Shown piece by piece: positions 29,151 to 32,000 of a stretch of DNA of 32,000 nt. The translations under genes and the position numbers were made by a program. Every line of letters starts with the position of its first letter. Positions within the stretch are counted from its first letter, which is position 1. The stretch is from Promethearchaeum syntrophicum (GTDB lineage Archaea > Asgardarchaeota > Lokiarchaeia > Sigyniarchaeales > Promethearchaeaceae): the NCBI RefSeq assembly GCF_008000775.2, contig NZ_CP042905.2, positions 1,380,001 through 1,412,000 of the forward strand, written 5' to 3'. The notes under the pieces are model-generated. The model had not been told where the DNA came from. It made no database searches and was given only the letters and a program-made list of their open reading frames with translations.

Positions 29151-29151
29151 A

Positions 29152-30477
29152 ATGGGAATCAAAATGAAGACAATTAGTCAAGAATTGTATAAAAAAGCTA
29201 AAAAAATAATCCCAGGAGGAACTCAACTTTTGAGTAAAAGACCTGAAATATACCTTCCTGAGTTATGGCCTGCATATTTTGAAAAGGCAAAAGGTGTAGA
29301 GATTTGGGACTTAGATGGAAATAAATATGTAGATATGACAAATATGAGTGTTGGGGCCTGTACTTTAGGATATTCAGACGAAGATGTTGATAATGCAGTT
29401 ATAAATAGTATTAAAAAGGGTACAATGTCTACTTTAAATTGCCCTGAAGAAGTTGAATTGGCAGAATTGTTATTGAAAATCCACCCTTGGGCAGAATCAG
29501 TAAGATTTGCTCGGACGGGAGGTGAAATAGCTGCAATCGCCATACGAATTGCACGAGCTTATTCTAAAAAGGATAAAATCGCATTCTGTGGTTATCACGG
29601 ATGGCATGATTGGTATTTAGCAAGTAATTTATCAAAAGACAGTAATTTAGATGGTCATCTGCTTCCAGGTTTAAAGCCTACAGGCGTACCTAGATCATTA
29701 ATTGAATCAGCAATACCCTTTGAATTTAATAAAATTGAACAACTTGAAAAGATAGTAGAAAAAAACGATGATATAGGTGTGATTATTTTAGAACCTATGA
29801 GACATGATAAACCAGAAAATGGTTTTCTAGAAAAAATTAGAGATATTTCTACTAAAATAAATGCAGTTCTTATATTCGATGAAATTTCTATTGGATGGCG
29901 AATAAATGTTGGGGGAGTTCATTCAAAATTTGGAGTTAATCCTGATATAGCCATCTTTGCAAAAGCTATGGGAAATGGATATCCAATTGCAGCGGTAATA
30001 GGAAATAGAAAAGTCATGAATGCTACTCAAGATACTTTTATAAGTAGTACTTATTGGACTGGAAGAGTAGGTCCTACTGCAGCAATTGCTACAATCAAGA
30101 AGATGCAAAATCTTAATGTTCCTGCACATTTAGACAAAATTGGGAAATTAATTGGAGAAGGCTGGCAAAAAATTGCAAGAAAAAATGAAATAGATATTAC
30201 AATTCATAAACCAAATTGTTTAATTAGCTTTACCTTTGAATATCCAAATACAAAAGAATTAATGACTCTTTTTATTCAAGAAATGTTGAAGCGGAATTAT
30301 CTTGCAGGAACATGTGTTTATGTAAGTTATGCTCATACTGAACAAGTTGTTTCAGCATATCTCAAAGTAATTGATGAAGTATTTGGAATTCTTTCAACAG
30401 CAATAAAAAATGGTAACATCTTAAAATTAATCGAAGGACCTTTAAAGCATGATGGATTCCAACGATTAGTCTCTTAA
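29152..30477 (+). CDS. Class-III-fold PLP aminotransferase, glutamate-1-semialdehyde aminomutase-like
   Basis: KKAKKIIPGGTQLLSKRPE, YVDMTNMSVGACTLGYSDEDVDNAV, RFARTGGEIAAIAIRIARAYSKKDKIAFCGYHGWHDWYLASNL, LIFDEISIGWRINVGGVHSKFGVNPDIAIFAKAMGNGYPIAAVIG. ATG at 29152 or 29164 preferred over TTG at 29134. Confidence 0.87.
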   Translation: MGIKMKTISQELYKKAKKIIPGGTQLLSKRPEIYLPELWPAYFEKAKGVEIWDLDGNKYVDMTNMSVGACTLGYSDEDVDNAVINSIKKGTMSTLNCPEEVELAELLLKIHPWAESVRFARTGGEIAAIAIRIARAYSKKDKIAFCGYHGWHDWYLASNLSKDSNLDGHLLPGLKPTGVPRSLIESAIPFEFNKIEQLEKIVEKNDDIGVIILEPMRHDKPENGFLEKIRDISTKINAVLIFDEISIGWRINVGGVHSKFGVNPDIAIFAKAMGNGYPIAAVIGNRKVMNATQDTFISSTYWTGRVGPTAAIATIKKMQNLNVPAHLDKIGKLIGEGWQKIARKNEIDITIHKPNCLISFTFEYPNTKELMTLFIQEMLKRNYLAGTCVYVSYAHTEQVVSAYLKVIDEVFGILSTAIKNGNILKLIEGPLKHDGFQRLVS

Positions 30478-30479
30478 TT

Positions 30480-31433
30480 TTAAACAACCCATTTTGAGGG
30501 GTTTACAATTTTTTCTTCTACTTCAGTAAAAGCATTCAAAATCTCTATTTTTACTTTTTCTCCTAAGGGAGGGAGATTTAAATAATTCAAATTTTCTTTT
30601 AACTGATCTAAATTGTCAACACCCATGATTATGCTTGAGATTTCTTTCATATCTCGAACAAAACAAAATGAAAGTTGAGCAATAGATAAATCGGCCCTTT
30701 TAGCAATTTCTGCAAGTTTGTGTAAATGATGTGCTGCGATTTTTAGTGTATCGGGGAGTTCCTTTGGGTTCATAAATATAAGTCCTTGTAAGAAAACACT
30801 TCGTGCAAAAATAATTTTGTTTTTGAAATGAAGTTCCTTTAATAATCCAGTTTTAATTAGACGGTGATCCAAGATATTTATTGGTATTTGTATCACATCT
30901 AATTCTTCTTTCTCCAAAAATAGCTTCACTTCATCAGGATTATAAATTGATACACCAATATGATTAAGATAACCTTCTTCTCTAAGTCTAATTAATGCTT
31001 CTACAATTTTTCCATTTAATTTATGGATATCCTCTGCGTTATGTAATAGGAAATAAGGAATTTTATCAAGATGAAGTCTATTAAGGGATTCAATCACAGA
31101 GTTTTTAATTTTTTTAAAAATTTCATCTTCATTTCCCAAGATCTCAAAAGGAGATAATTTTGTTATGATTTCTGGGGTATTTTGAGATTTATCTGATGAA
31201 AAATTTCTTATAAAATTACCAATAATTACTTCAGAATTTCCATAAGCTGGAGCAGTATCAAACATATTAATTCCTTGATCATAAGCGAATTCTAAGATTT
31301 TTTGCGAATCTTTTTCTGTTGGTTTTCCCGTACGATTAGCGATTCCATATTTAATTCCCAATTGAACAGTTCCCAAAGTTATTTTTGATATTGAAGTTTT
31401 GGAAACATTATTCCTTCTTAAATCCATATCCAT
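30480..31433 (-). CDS. Aldo/keto reductase family protein
   Basis: SKITLGTVQLGIKYGIANRTGKPTEKDSQKILEFAYDQGINMFDTAPAYGNSEVIIGNFI, YFLLHNAEDIHKLNGKIVEALIRLREEGYLNHIGVSIYNPDEVK. Confidence 0.88.
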   Translation of the reverse strand: MDMDLRRNNVSKTSISKITLGTVQLGIKYGIANRTGKPTEKDSQKILEFAYDQGINMFDTAPAYGNSEVIIGNFIRNFSSDKSQNTPEIITKLSPFEILGNEDEIFKKIKNSVIESLNRLHLDKIPYFLLHNAEDIHKLNGKIVEALIRLREEGYLNHIGVSIYNPDEVKLFLEKEELDVIQIPINILDHRLIKTGLLKELHFKNKIIFARSVFLQGLIFMNPKELPDTLKIAAHHLHKLAEIAKRADLSIAQLSFCFVRDMKEISSIIMGVDNLDQLKENLNYLNLPPLGEKVKIEILNAFTEVEEKIVNPSKWVV

Positions 31434-31551
31434 ATTTGCAATACTTAAAAATTAAATGTTGGTATTTTTGAAAGGATTGAAATTTTCTTGTAAAAAATAT
31501 ATTTCAACAACAAATATAAACTTTAATTTGATTCAGATATAGTATTTTAAT

Positions 31552-32000
31552 ATGAATAAAAAAGATATCAGAATTAATGGAGAAAGAATTTATCTTGTTC
31601 CTTTAACAGTTGAATATGCCAGTGAAAAATATTGTTCTTGGCTTAATGATCCAGTTGTAAACAAATATCTGGATACAAAAAATGCAACGATTGAAAACTT
31701 GCAAAAATATATTAAATCGAAATATGAAGATCCAAATTGTTTATTCTTTGGAATATTTGATAAAAAAACTAATAAACATATAGGAAACGTTAAGTTAGAA
31801 CCCATAGATTTCAATTTAAAAACTGCTGTTTTAGGTACACTTATTGGAGAAAAAAATTATTGGGGGATGGGAATTGCCCCAGAAGTTTATAAATATTTAT
31901 TGAAATATGCTTTTGATGAATTAAAACTAGAAACTATTACTGCAGGTATGTATAAAGGCATTGTTGGTGCTCTTAAAGCGGTTAAAAAAGTAGGTTTTAA
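31552..32000 (+). CDS. GNAT-family N-acetyltransferase, truncated by the right window edge
   Basis: Missing from the track. ATG at 31552 opens to the edge: MNKKDIRINGERIYLVPLTVEYASEKYCSWLNDPVVNKYLDTKNATIENLQKYIKSKYEDPNCLFFGIFDKKTNKHIGNVKLEPIDFNLKTAVLGTLIGEKNYWGMGIAPEVYKYLLKYAFDELKLETITAGMYKGIVGALKAVKKVGFK. Confidence 0.88.
   Translation, partial: MNKKDIRINGERIYLVPLTVEYASEKYCSWLNDPVVNKYLDTKNATIENLQKYIKSKYEDPNCLFFGIFDKKTNKHIGNVKLEPIDFNLKTAVLGTLIGEKNYWGMGIAPEVYKYLLKYAFDELKLETITAGMYKGIVGALKAVKKVGF

Noticed and set aside
29223-29543. Minus-strand 106-aa ORF
   Set aside because: Antisense within the strongly supported class-III aminotransferase.
31590-31814. Minus-strand 74-aa ORF
   Set aside because: Antisense within the right-edge GNAT gene.

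Overview
This AT-rich 32 kb window is a surface-glycan (polysaccharide or glycoprotein) biosynthesis locus. It carries enzymes for at least three kinds of activated sugar. (1) dTDP-L-rhamnose: rmlB-rmlD-rmlA-rmlC on the minus strand, plus a WecE-like transaminase that could draw on the same dTDP-4-keto-6-deoxyglucose pool. (2) GDP-mannose-derived deoxysugars: ManC-type guanylyltransferase, Gmd, a GDP-L-fucose synthase, and a ColD-like PLP-fold enzyme with His where the catalytic Lys normally sits. (3) A pseudaminic-acid-like nonulosonate branch: PseG-like, PseH-like and PseI/NeuB-like genes, two SpsF-like cytidylyltransferase copies (one decayed), a class-III aminotransferase and an aldo/keto reductase. 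PseB and PseC are not visible. Assembly and export seem to rely on an ArnC/DPM1-like GT2 glycosyltransferase, tandem small EmrE/ArnE-ArnF-like transporters (one pair intact, one with a decayed first gene), and three large polytopic membrane proteins. No obvious Wzx/Wzy or ABC exporter is seen. Several remnants look under-described or are missing from the ORF track: a decayed SpsF-like gene, an SMR-type pseudogene, a short SDR-like remnant, and a GT4 gene running off the left edge. I see no CRISPR array, tRNA/rRNA, transposase, or convincing novel defence system. The host lineage cannot be fixed from sequence reading alone.
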